The notes under the pieces were generated by a model. It worked only from the letters and a program-made list of their open reading frames with translations. It did not search any database and was not told the DNA's origin. Shown piece by piece: positions 21,424 to 31,777 of a stretch of 64,000 nt of DNA. A program made the translations under genes and the position numbers. The number at the start of each line of letters is the position of its first letter. The first letter of the stretch is position 1. The stretch is from positions 1,024,001 to 1,088,000 of the forward strand of contig CM000432.1 of the NCBI GenBank assembly GCA_000165345.1, written 5' to 3'.

Positions 21424-24400
21424 ATGATACACGATGTTTTACTTTCTCTTACAGGGTTTGTTGGGGATAAGATTGAAGTGGACCCTGTAGAATTTACAAG
21501 TAACTCAATTTCTTTGTATAGTTATAAATATAGATTGAGACTCAAATCTAATATTGAGGAATATTTATCAGAAACTGAAAAATTATTAGTGGACAAGATT
21601 TTGCATATTTCTAGCAACTTCTATTCTGTTAATGAATTTGTTAAAAGAGTTCTAGGCTCTGTGTACAACAAGCATAGTAATTATAATTCAAATACAAACA
21701 CGAATCCAGCTTTTGGATCAAAATTTAACCAAGAAAAGAGCCATCAACTTCAAATTAGAGCAGATCTTAAGAAAAGATTACTCAGAATTAACCCTGTTGG
21801 ACTATATATACATGCAGTAGCAAAATGCATGCAGGAGTATATTCTTCGATTTCTTCAGAAGATTAATCAGTTAGAAAGAGAAGTTTTTGAAAATCCGAGT
21901 TTGCCTCTTACTTTTGTACTAACTTCAATAACAAAACCCTCCAGAGTTTTAGATAATTTTATGGCATTCATTGATGAGTGGTATAATCTTGCTCTTAATT
22001 CAAGAGTAGATTCTACATGTAAATTCTCGTTTTCAAATATGTTTATTACAATGGAAAAATTTGAAAATTTGTGTGAAATATATATAAGTATTCCATGTGG
22101 ATATATATTGGATTATTTCTATTTGGGAGTGTCTTCTGGAGATTTACTTCAGGAATCAGTGAGCAAAAACTTTCTATTGGTATGTAGTCGAATCTTTTGC
22201 TATCAAATGATAAATTGGATTATTTTAGGAAAGTTGGTTGACCCTTTTGAAGAGTTTATTGTCGGAAGGTTTTCCATTTCAGCTCCTACTAATTCATTAA
22301 ACTCCCAAAAGGATGCTAACTTTTCAAACTCATTTTCAATCTCTTCAAATGATAGGTAAGTTTGAGTTTTTGGTTAAATTGAAGAATAACCATTTTGGAA
22401 TCTTTTTAATTTTTACAAATCATTCTAATTAATCTTTAATATAGCTGTATTGAAGCCTTGGACTTGGATGAAAATTTATGTAAACTTTATCGTGAGGAGG
22501 AAATTTCCCATTGCGGGGTTTTTGAATGGGAGGGACTATTTTATACCAGATATGAATCCTTTACGAAGAAATTCTTTACAGTAAAGTTCCTTTACAAAAT
22601 CTTTGGTATTGGGAAAATTGTAAGTAAATCTTGTTCTTCCTTAGATAAGGAAGATTTTTATTTGTATTTATTCTCAAACAATCCTCATTTCCTTCTAATT
22701 TTTAGGTAAGACTTCTAAATAGATATGGGAATAGTAATATTAGAGATAGAATGAATGAAACAGGGTTTGAGAGTTACATTAATCAAATTTCAAACATTCT
22801 TAATGAATCGTTTCCGCATATTCAGTCCCAGTTGGAAGGGTTTCTTGAAAAATTCAGAAGGGAGATTTCTTTTATTATGTATGAATCAATAATTTTAAGA
22901 AGCCAAAACAACATAGCACACAAATTTGCATATAAAAATCTTTTTTCTCAAAACATCAAATTAATCCGAAATTTATATTTCCTTGGGTATTCTGACATTT
23001 TTCTTCAACTAGATAATTCCATTTTCTACAAAAATCTAAGCTATGATGACTCCCAAACACGTAATACTAACTTTACTGAACAGTCTGAATTCATCTCAAA
23101 CACTTGGAAAGAACTTTTGTCTTTATTCAAATTAGGCAATATTACCTCAAGTATTCATAATGATTTCTCAAACTCCAGAATTAACTTATGCTGCGACACA
23201 TTTGATCTTTTCAACTTTAACCTAAACGAGCTCGAATTAATTGACATGTTTAATTGCTCCCTTACAAATAACAATATACTCCTTTTTGGCGGGAAATCTG
23301 AAATGCATGCAGACCAATATTTGCATTCTGAAAATGAAAAATTAAAGAATGAAGGTGATGAGGGCCATGAAGATTATATTTCTGAAGATTTTGGTATTAC
23401 AGATTGCAACTTTGATTTTCCTTATGAAAATTTTCATGCAATTTCAATCTCTAGAGTCAAGTGGCCAATTCGTATCATAGATGGCTTTAATCATATATTA
23501 GAATGCGTTTCTTCTGTAAACGTAGTTTCATCTTTATTGTTCGCAGCATCTAATAGTATTCCATTTATTGGCGATGGAATTTGTACTTCTCAGGAGGATG
23601 GTTCAGGACACGATGGTGAGTTTTTAAGACTTACGTGGAGCTTTAGATTTAAGGATGAAAATAAACAAGTTATGGAATTCTGTATTAAGCTGTATTGGCA
23701 TACAAAACACTTGAGATCTTTGTTAAATACTGAAAAGGAGTATTCACTATTAAAAACCAATTTACTTGAAGTTCCCAATCCCTTTATCAATTTAATGGAA
23801 GGCGATTTATTCGCATATAGACTTAGGATTTTGTTCAAACAATCAAATATTTCAATATATATGGAGCCACTAAAAAATACCCTTCCTGGCTCAAATTCAC
23901 TCTTTGGAAGACCAACTCAGGTACTGAGTATTCAACATATTAATATTGATATTTGTTTACCTTTGCATACTTCGTCATGTTTTATTCATCTACTAAGACA
24001 TAATGATCACGCAAGATTCGAAAAGGAGAAAGAATTTAAGGTTTTTAAATGGTGTCATATAAGTTCCTCTAATAATTCAGATGTAATTTCTCAGCTAGCA
24101 AACTCTTGCAGCATGGGAGCGTCTTCAAGTACAAACTATAACTTTAATTTATTAAAAAACGTCTCGTTAAATTCTTATCTAAGTGGAATAAGCTTTGATC
24201 ATCATATATTTAGATTAAGAATTATCCAGAAATTTGATTGGCCGTTACCACTTTTATTCACAAAAAAGAATATGGAACATTACTATAATCTATTTGATTT
24301 TTATTGGCTATTTTTCAGAACATATAATGGGCTTGAAAGGATTTGGAGAGAGGCTTTCAATCTAAGATATGGAAATAGAAGAGGGGCATTCACTTCATTT

Positions 24401-25390
24401 TCTATTGAACATCCAGTGAACCATTTTTGGAATTATATTTTTTACTGTAGATGGGTTCTACAAGTAACAATTGGTGAATATTACTCTTTTCTTCAACACT
24501 TTGTAGTTGAACAAAGCTTCAGAGACTTTCTCGATAAGGTCAAGGAAGAGCAAGATTTTGAGAATATTATCCAAAAACATAATGACCTTGTTCAAACACT
24601 TATTCTTAAATCGGGGTTCCTTTTACCCTCTATTTTAAACCCATTAACATCAATTCTAGTTTTAACAGGTGAATGGAGTTACTCTATTTTTAGAGAAATA
24701 TCTAGATGGAATGATTCCAGCGAATTTATTGAAGCAAATTACACATTCTCAAATGCTGAAGAGATTAAATTCCCATGGGATAGTGATGAATGGCAATCTA
24801 TTATCAATAGTACAATAAATTTCATGAATAACTTTATTCTACTCTGGGATAATCTTTGCTCTGAAATTTCAATAGTTTCAAGTAATATTCAATATCAACA
24901 CTTTAGCCTTTTGCTATCTATTTTCAATAATCACAAATGGAATATTGATATACCTGACCTTAATAATGCTAACAACAGAAAAGCTTTCCCTTATGGCTCT
25001 TTTGGTCCATCACACTCGGACTATAATTATGGGGATGACGAATACAGAGAGGAAACTGTAACACACTCCGTAGTAGACCGTTCGGAAGACTTTGAAAGCG
25101 ACAACTACACAGATTCAAGAGAAGAGGACAATAGCGATAACTATTTCAATAGTCAAGATGATCTTGAAGATGATTATGACAATGAACTTGATTTATTCAG
25201 AGGTGAATTTAATGAATACAATAATAATAACGACAATGATGAAAATAATAACGAGAATAAACAAAGTCAATACTCACCACATATGCTTGATGGAACAAAT
25301 AACAGCTATATCGAGCTCATAAACTCCAAACTTAGTGCCACTTATCTAAAAACAAACAAAATCGAATATAATAGCTATCAGAGTTCATAA
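21424..25390 (+). CDS. gamma-tubulin complex protein (GCP/Spc97-Spc98 family, GCP4-like N-terminus) with long insertions and an acidic C-terminal tail. Three exons at 21424..~22355, 22445..22619 and 22706..25390, giving about 1263 aa
   Basis: The N-terminus MIHDVLLSLTGFVGDKI matches the conserved GCP N-terminal signature (compare human GCP4 MIHELLLALSGYPGSIF). The C-terminal GRIP2-like region reads WLFFRTYNGLERIWREAF...HNDLVQTLILKSGF. The track gives three ORFs (21415, 22458, 22751), joined by GAT AG|GTAAGT at about 22356 to an ATAG acceptor at 22444, and by AAA ATT|GTAAGT at 22620 to a TTTTTAG acceptor at 22705. Phases are consistent (2 then 0). The track start 21415 is TTG. Confidence 0.75.
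22356..22444 (+). other. predicted intron 1 of the GCP gene (about 89 nt)
   Basis: Donor GTAAGTTTGAG and acceptor TTTAATATAG. It removes the TAA that terminates track ORF 21415..22359. Coordinates are accurate to about 1 nt. Confidence 0.55.
22620..22705 (+). other. predicted intron 2 of the GCP gene (86 nt)
   Basis: Donor GTAAGTAAATC and acceptor TCTAATTTTTAG. The downstream exon begins GTA AGA CTT in frame with the 22751 ORF. Confidence 0.6.
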
Positions 25391-25860
25391 TTACAAATAT
25401 ATTGAAAGTGTATAAAATATTCTAAACATTTATTTAAATTGTTTTTTTCTATTTTTTAATCCTCTATTTGAAATGTCAAACTTGTAAAAATTATTTTCAA
25501 GAGTTTCCCGCCCAAACACATACCGGTGTATGGTACCGAAAAAAAATAATAATTGAGGGGAAATAAGATATGTAAATTGTGAATAAAAGTATATATTAAA
25601 AATAAGTTTAGGTATAGGAAAAAAGAGGAATCAATCAGAGAAAAAAAATTATTTAAATAAAAATTTAAATAATTGAACAAGAGTGAAGAATTGTAAGTGC
25701 TGGGAGTTACATCCGGATTATCAATTTACTCATTCTTTTCTTTAAATATTGCAAAAAAAGAAAAAGGGAGAGCCAAAAATATCAGTCTTTGAAAGTCTTT
25801 TTCATATAAAATTCTTTTGATTTTATTTTTGTGTATGTGTATTTGCAACTTTTAATTGAA

Positions 25861-28122
25861 ATGAACGATAGAAGATACTTTCAAGGCTCTAAGAGAGGAG
25901 AGCTGCACGAATTAAAGGAGGAATTACACTCATCAAGTAAGGAAAAAAAGAAAGAAGCAGTGAAAAAAGTTATTGCAGCAATGACAGTAGGGAAAGATGT
26001 TTCTTCCCTTTTTCCAGATGTTTTAAATTGTATGCAAACTGGTTGTATTGAACTAAAGAAATTAGTATATCTATATATAATAAACTATGCTAAGGTACAG
26101 CCAGAGTTGGCTATTTTAGCTGTAAATACCTTTTTCAAAGATTCTATGGATTCAAATCCTTTAATTAGAGCATTGGCTATTCGAACCATGGGGTATATTA
26201 GACTTGAACAAATTACAGAGTATTTAGTTGAGCCTTTAAGAAGATCATGTAGTGATCCTGATCCATACGTTAGAAAAACTGCAGCAATTTGTATTGCAAA
26301 GTTATATGATATTTCTCCTACTTTAATGGAAGAACAGGGATTCTTTTCCTTGTTGAAGGATATGCTCAAGGATCAAAGTGCAATGGTTGTAGCTAATACT
26401 GTTGCAAGCTTATTAGAAATTTATGAAACTAGTATAAGTAAGGGTCATCAACTTGAATCTTTACAATCTATAAAAGACGATAAACAAGACCAAGGAATGA
26501 CTGAAGATCAGAAATTCTACAAATTGACTTTTAATGAGGTAGAAAAACACCAAATCCTACAAGCCTTGAATGAATGTACAGAATGGGGGCAGATTTATAT
26601 ACTAAATGTAGTAGCAGAGTGGAAGGTATCAACTGAAAAAGAAAGTGAACAAATCATCGATAGATTAACTTCTAGACTATCTCATGCAAATCCTGCAGTA
26701 GTTCTTTCAACTGTTAGAGCTGTTTTGAATCTACTGAAAAATTTGGAAAATGATGATTATATTACAGGTACCCTACGTAAATTAAGACCACCGATTGTTA
26801 CATTACTTACAACTTCACCTCCTGAAGTACAATATGTTGTTTTGAGGAATGTTCAGTTAATTGTACAATCATATCCTGCCTTTTTTGAAACAGAAATGAA
26901 GCTTTTCTATTGTAAATATAATGATCCTGCCTATATTAAGATTGAAAAGCTTAATTTATTATATAGAATGGCATCTATTGATACTGCAAATAATTTATTA
27001 AAAGAACTAAAAGAGTATAGTACCGATACGAATATAGAATTCTCAAGAAATTCTATTAAAATTATTGCATTAATATCTATAAAATTCAAAGAAACTGCCT
27101 CTAATTGTTTTCAAATCCTAGCAGAACTTATCACAAATTCTCATCAGGACCATATAATTCAAGAAGGAATTATCTCTTTAAGAGATATTTTGAGATCCTA
27201 TCCACAATTATCGTCAAATGTAATTCCCATACTAATGGAAGTATCAGAATCTATTGTTGAGCCTGAATCAAGATCTGCTTTTGTTTGGATTATTGGAGAA
27301 GTTTATGAGTTTGTTCAAGTAACAAAACCAAGTACAAAAAATGAAACTTTGAATGATTTTCTCCGTTATTTTGTTGATATATTTATTGAAGAATCAGTCT
27401 CCGTTCAACTTCAGATACTTACAACCATAGTAAAATGCTTTCTTAAAGCTCCAATTCATAATCAACAACTTGTTACTGATATTTTTAGACTTGCAACTAC
27501 TAATGCAGAAAATCCTGATGTTAGAGACAGAGCCTTGATATACTGGAGACTTCTCTCAACCAATCCTGAGGAAACTAGAAAAGTTGTTCTTTCTCAAAAG
27601 ACTGTATTATCTTCAAAAAGCTTTGATATTGAACCAAAACTTCTTGAAAAGCTTATGGGAGATCTTGGAATGATTTCCTCAGTATATCATAAACCTCCAA
27701 GTTGTTTTATTGATATTAGTAAGAATAATATAGTTCAAAATCAACTTCAAGCTTCTTCTGAATCTCAAAATCATTCAGCTTTAATTTCATCATCAGATTC
27801 CAATATCGATACACTTCCTTATAATATTGATTCTGGTTTTTCTGTTAGTTACTCAAATACTAACGAGCTAATAAATATTGATGATCTTATTTCTTATTCT
27901 ACTCCTGTATCAAATATTAACAGTAACAAAATATCAAGTTCTCAAGATATGAATTCGTCAAATCAAGTTCAAAGTTCTGAGCTTTTAGATTTTGGTCTCC
28001 CTGCTTCTAATATAAGCTTATTCAAAAGTAATACTCAGGGAGACAATAATCAAACAGGAGATGTGAACTCACAGCCATCTGGTAGCAATGTTGTTACATC
28101 TGTTGATCTGTTATCTCTCTAA
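25861..28122 (+). CDS. AP (clathrin adaptor) complex beta subunit, beta-adaptin of AP-1/AP-2 type
   Basis: There is near-identity over long stretches to beta-adaptins, for example KKEAVKKVIAAMTVGKDVSSLFPDVLNCMQT, LKKLVYLYIINYAKVQPELAILAVNTF and DPYVRKTAAICIAKLYDI. The track start 25831 is GTG, and the first ATG at 25861 gives MNDRRYFQGSKRGELHELKEEL as in metazoan AP2B1. The C-terminal part is S/N-rich. Confidence 0.92.
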   Translation: MNDRRYFQGSKRGELHELKEELHSSSKEKKKEAVKKVIAAMTVGKDVSSLFPDVLNCMQTGCIELKKLVYLYIINYAKVQPELAILAVNTFFKDSMDSNPLIRALAIRTMGYIRLEQITEYLVEPLRRSCSDPDPYVRKTAAICIAKLYDISPTLMEEQGFFSLLKDMLKDQSAMVVANTVASLLEIYETSISKGHQLESLQSIKDDKQDQGMTEDQKFYKLTFNEVEKHQILQALNECTEWGQIYILNVVAEWKVSTEKESEQIIDRLTSRLSHANPAVVLSTVRAVLNLLKNLENDDYITGTLRKLRPPIVTLLTTSPPEVQYVVLRNVQLIVQSYPAFFETEMKLFYCKYNDPAYIKIEKLNLLYRMASIDTANNLLKELKEYSTDTNIEFSRNSIKIIALISIKFKETASNCFQILAELITNSHQDHIIQEGIISLRDILRSYPQLSSNVIPILMEVSESIVEPESRSAFVWIIGEVYEFVQVTKPSTKNETLNDFLRYFVDIFIEESVSVQLQILTTIVKCFLKAPIHNQQLVTDIFRLATTNAENPDVRDRALIYWRLLSTNPEETRKVVLSQKTVLSSKSFDIEPKLLEKLMGDLGMISSVYHKPPSCFIDISKNNIVQNQLQASSESQNHSALISSSDSNIDTLPYNIDSGFSVSYSNTNELINIDDLISYSTPVSNINSNKISSSQDMNSSNQVQSSELLDFGLPASNISLFKSNTQGDNNQTGDVNSQPSGSNVVTSVDLLSL

Positions 28123-28423
28123 AAAGTAATAACTTTATAAACTTCAAGTTATATCTAACTAGAATATCATTAAAGTACAACATTTAAAATAGTCAATAGA
28201 AAAAAAAAGTTAAGGAGGTTTGATAATTTTCTTTTATATAATCCCAATGTCTTTTGATTAAAATTTGTGTATTTTTTTATAATAAAATACAAATTCACTT
28301 TTGTATTACTCCAATTTGAGCAATAATTCTTAATTTGAAGTGTTTGATATTAAGTTAAAATAAAAAAGGATTAGCAATAAATCTTTGGATTACTTTCTTG
28401 ACAAAATTGTAGAAATCCTTATA

Positions 28424-29390
28424 TTACTTCTCCTTATTACTTGTATTATTTGCATTTTCAAAATTATTATTATTATTATCTAAACCAATAGAAGACATAA
28501 AATCTCTCACATCATCTATTGTTATGGTATTTTTATTTTGGTCATCACTCATTCTGCTTCTTAAAAATGATATAAACTTATCAGCAAATTCTCTATAACC
28601 TTGAGCTAAATGTATCTTCTTTTCATGAGGTAATGAATTAAATATATTTGCAAAACCATTAATTCCGTTTGCTCCTGATTCACCAGATTCACTCTCATCT
28701 GAGCCACTAAATCCAAAAATATCTCCTTCGAGTATTTCCTGAATAGTAATTGTTTTGTCATCTTCAGAATCTTCTATTGTATCTTCGTTTACATTGTCCA
28801 AGATTTCATCGCTTTCTTTAATATTTTCAATCTCATCCTTATTCTTGCAATATCTCAAAGAAATTCCATTATAATTTAAATGGGTTATTCTTTCTTTACT
28901 TTCAAAAACTACTCTAGTATTATCTGACTTAAATTCATCTCTTTCTTCATATTTGAGCTGTTAAATTAAAAGAAGTTAATTTGTTTGTTTTAATTGGATT
29001 TAATTAAAAGATTCTTTTGAAAGTACAAATCAAGCCTTATCTTTCTAATCAAACCAAAGACTTGACTTGAATTGACTTATCAAATATATTAACTTAACTT
29101 ACCATATAAACTCTTCTACCTTTTGAATCCCTTTCCTCATTTTCTGTCATTAATATTCTCCCTGGCCACCACACAATTTCCTCTTTTTCTAATAATTCTT
29201 TAGAATTATCATGATCACAAAATTCGGTACCTATTATCCACTTTAAAAGTGATATTTAAATACAGAATTTTAATGTTTTAGGAAAAAAAATTGGTTAACT
29301 TACTCTTACAAAGATTGTTTGGCCAATATTTATTCCATAGGAAGCCTTTAAGATTGCAATATCACAAAAATCTCTAATTTGATTACTCAT
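28424..29390 (-). CDS. three-exon gene on the minus strand (29390..29304, 29240..29103, 28957..28424) encoding a 252-aa protein with an acidic, S/E/D-rich C-terminal half; function unknown
   Basis: ATG at 29390 gives MSNQIRDFCDIAILKASYGINIGQTIFVR and ends at AGA|GTAAGT (29303). A TTTTAAAG acceptor at 29242-29241 opens the next exon WIIGTEFCDHDNSKELLEKEEIVWWPGRILMTENEERDSKGRRVYM, ending at ATG|GTAAGT (29102). A TTTAACAG acceptor at 28959-28958 opens LKYEERDEF..., which runs into the track ORF 28424..28858. All phases are 0. An alternative first donor TTT|GTAAGA sits 6 nt upstream. Confidence 0.6.
28958..29102 (-). other. predicted intron (145 nt, GTAAGT...AACAG)
   Basis: See the exon logic of the 28424..29390 gene above. 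Confidence 0.55.
29241..29303 (-). other. predicted intron (63 nt, GTAAGT...TTAAAG)
   Basis: See the exon logic of the 28424..29390 gene above. Confidence 0.55.
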
Positions 29391-30021
29391 TATAGCATTA
29401 ATTAATGAAAAAGATATAGGTTCATACTATACTTGCTATTAATACAAACGCTTGGATTAAGCAATATATTCAAACAAATAATAGAATATTACGTATTTTG
29501 ACCTCTTGTTATCTTTTCTTAATTAAATATTCGAAAGATTTTACTAAAATAAGAAAGTTCACTTTTTTTTGAGTTACTTTTTATTATTTTTTAATAAATT
29601 ATTAATTAGTCCTTAATTTTCCCTCATTTACCTATTTACCGGAATTTTCTATTCCAGAATTTAATATACTAAGACGTTATAAAACTTTATTTAGAAAAAG
29701 TTTTGTGGGAATTCAAATCCAATCCGTATATAATAAAAATAAAAATTGCTAGTATTCTCAATATCTTCCATTTTTAATTGTTTCCAGGAAAATACTGTAA
29801 CATGTGAGTTTATTTATAGCTATATTTTGATTAATTTAAATATATCTATACGTAGATACACTAATGTTTAAAGTTAGAGTTATCAATATTGATATTTACT
29901 TAATTTAGAAAATCAGAAAGAATTTTTATCTGCTCCTTTTTGAAATTTAAAGTTTTTTAAATCTCCTACTTCCCCTCGATTAAATCTTTAATTTTGCATT
30001 AATATTATTGGGTACCCTCCA

Positions 30022-30036
30022 TTTAGGCGCCAAATG
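30022..30036. promoter_or_regulatory. E2F-like TTTAGGCGCCAAATG in the divergent promoter of the 3-exon gene (-) and the RING-H2 gene (+)
   Basis: Direct reading of the sequence. Confidence 0.5.
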
Positions 30037-30236
30037 ATTTATCTAATATAATTAATGGCCGAGTTGGAAAAAAAAATAAAAAGATTTAAGGAATACAAAG
30101 AAAAAATAATAAAAAGCAAATAGAGAATAAGATTTATTAAAAGGGTTGAAATTGGTGGATTTAGATTACTGAGGGAATTGGTATAGATTTGATAGGTTTA
30201 GAGTAAAGAGCAGAGTAAAAGAAAAGAAGAAATTAA

Positions 30237-31622
30237 ATGGAGTCTAATTTATATGTTTCTAGACAGAGAGGAGATGAGACAAATCATATATTAGTTAGAG
30301 AATATCAAACATGCCTATCTGGTTATCCTGATACGAGACAACATGGAAGTTTTGAGAATTTATCAAGACCATATACTCCATTGAGGGATATAACAGGCAG
30401 TATATTTGGAGGATTAGTACGTGAATCAAGAGTAAGATCAGTGAATGAATCTAACGATTTTAATAGAATTAGGAACTCTATGGTAGAAAGATTAAATAGA
30501 GAGAGTATAAGAGGTCCAGAAAGTCGGTTTTTTGGGTTTGACTCAAATAATAGAAATACGTCCTATTATAATAGTCATGAAAATGACATAAGGGCATTTA
30601 ATAGGTCAATGTCTATGAGCAGTCCAAATTTAGATATTGGCTTTGCTTCATTATCTAGAAATAGTTCTAATGAAGCAATTGAGAATAATAGTAGCTTTTT
30701 GAATAGAAGTAGAAGTTTTGCTGATAGAATTATGGAGCAGTTTGATATTGTAGAAAGGGAACATAATCAATTAGCTGAAAGAATTCATAGAAGTCAATCA
30801 ATTTATGAGCAGATTCAGAGGAATGGAGCTGAAATTGATCAACTTTTTGATAATTTATCATATAGAATGCAAAGAAGACATACTCAAAGAGAAAATTCTA
30901 CTGGTAATAATTTTCAATCTAGAAATACAAGATATGGTGGGTCTGTAATAGATTGTAGTAGAAATGGCCACATTAATCATAGATTTAGTAACAGACCAAG
31001 ATTCGTATCTATGCAAGATGTCCATAATCATTTTCGTGATAATCTATTGGCTACTGAAGAACATGAAGAAGAGGAAGATTATGATGATCAAGATAATGAT
31101 GTCATTGAAATTATTCAGGTTGATGATGATGAAATTTCCGATATTATATCCAGAAGAAATGCAGATATTAGAAATAGATCACTAATTATTACTCAAGAGG
31201 AAATCATTATGGAAGAAAGTAATGATCCTGAAGATTCTGAGGATGAACATGAACAAAATCATGGCCAAGAATATGATCAATATCATGAAGATGAAGAAAT
31301 GCATAATGATGGTAATATAACAAGAGTATTAAATAGGCTTAGAGATAGAATTTCTCAAAATCAAGAAGAAGATGTTTCTGGGGTGCCTATCAATATTCAA
31401 AATGCATTACCAGTATCAAAATTTGATTTATCAAGATCTCAGAATTTGGATGATGATAAGAAAATGTGTTTAATTTGTTTGGATGAGTTTAAGGACCAGC
31501 AAGAAATTCTATGGCTTCCATGTACTCATTGTTTCTGCAGAAATTGTATTACTTCTTGGTTTGAAAGAGGAACAGTATGTCCTATTTGCAAGGATGATTT
31601 ATTGGCTCATTTTAATTATTAG
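30237..31622 (+). CDS. RING-H2 finger E3 ubiquitin-ligase-like protein (C-terminal RING), with an N/S/R-rich N-terminal region and an acidic DEH-rich middle
   Basis: The C-terminal motif is CLICLDEFKDQQEILWLPCTHCFCRNCITSWFERGTVCPICKDD, matching the C3H2C3 RING-H2 pattern. Confidence 0.85.
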   Translation: MESNLYVSRQRGDETNHILVREYQTCLSGYPDTRQHGSFENLSRPYTPLRDITGSIFGGLVRESRVRSVNESNDFNRIRNSMVERLNRESIRGPESRFFGFDSNNRNTSYYNSHENDIRAFNRSMSMSSPNLDIGFASLSRNSSNEAIENNSSFLNRSRSFADRIMEQFDIVEREHNQLAERIHRSQSIYEQIQRNGAEIDQLFDNLSYRMQRRHTQRENSTGNNFQSRNTRYGGSVIDCSRNGHINHRFSNRPRFVSMQDVHNHFRDNLLATEEHEEEEDYDDQDNDVIEIIQVDDDEISDIISRRNADIRNRSLIITQEEIIMEESNDPEDSEDEHEQNHGQEYDQYHEDEEMHNDGNITRVLNRLRDRISQNQEEDVSGVPINIQNALPVSKFDLSRSQNLDDDKKMCLICLDEFKDQQEILWLPCTHCFCRNCITSWFERGTVCPICKDDLLAHFNY

Positions 31623-31777
31623 ATCAAAGCAAAAAAAAAAGAGAGAAATAGAATAAGTTAGATATATAATTAATTCGATTAGGTTAAACTAATTAGATAA
31701 GTGTAATTTATTTTAATTAATTATTCAATTCATTCTTTTGTTAGTATTTTCTTTTAAATTAGGGAATCATCAAGCCT

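Noticed and set aside
22321-22360. One-nucleotide disagreement between my reading of the printed sequence and the ORF-track coordinates at the end of ORF 21415..22359
   Set aside because: It is probably my transcription of a T-run; downstream coordinates (22458, 22709) agree with the track. I therefore give the intron-1 coordinates of the GCP gene as approximate (about 1 nt).
25520-25540. Near-palindrome ACATACCGGTGTATGGTACCG downstream of the TTTCCCGCCC site
   Set aside because: It is imperfect, a single occurrence, and I could not relate it to a known element. It is noted only as part of the AP-beta promoter region.
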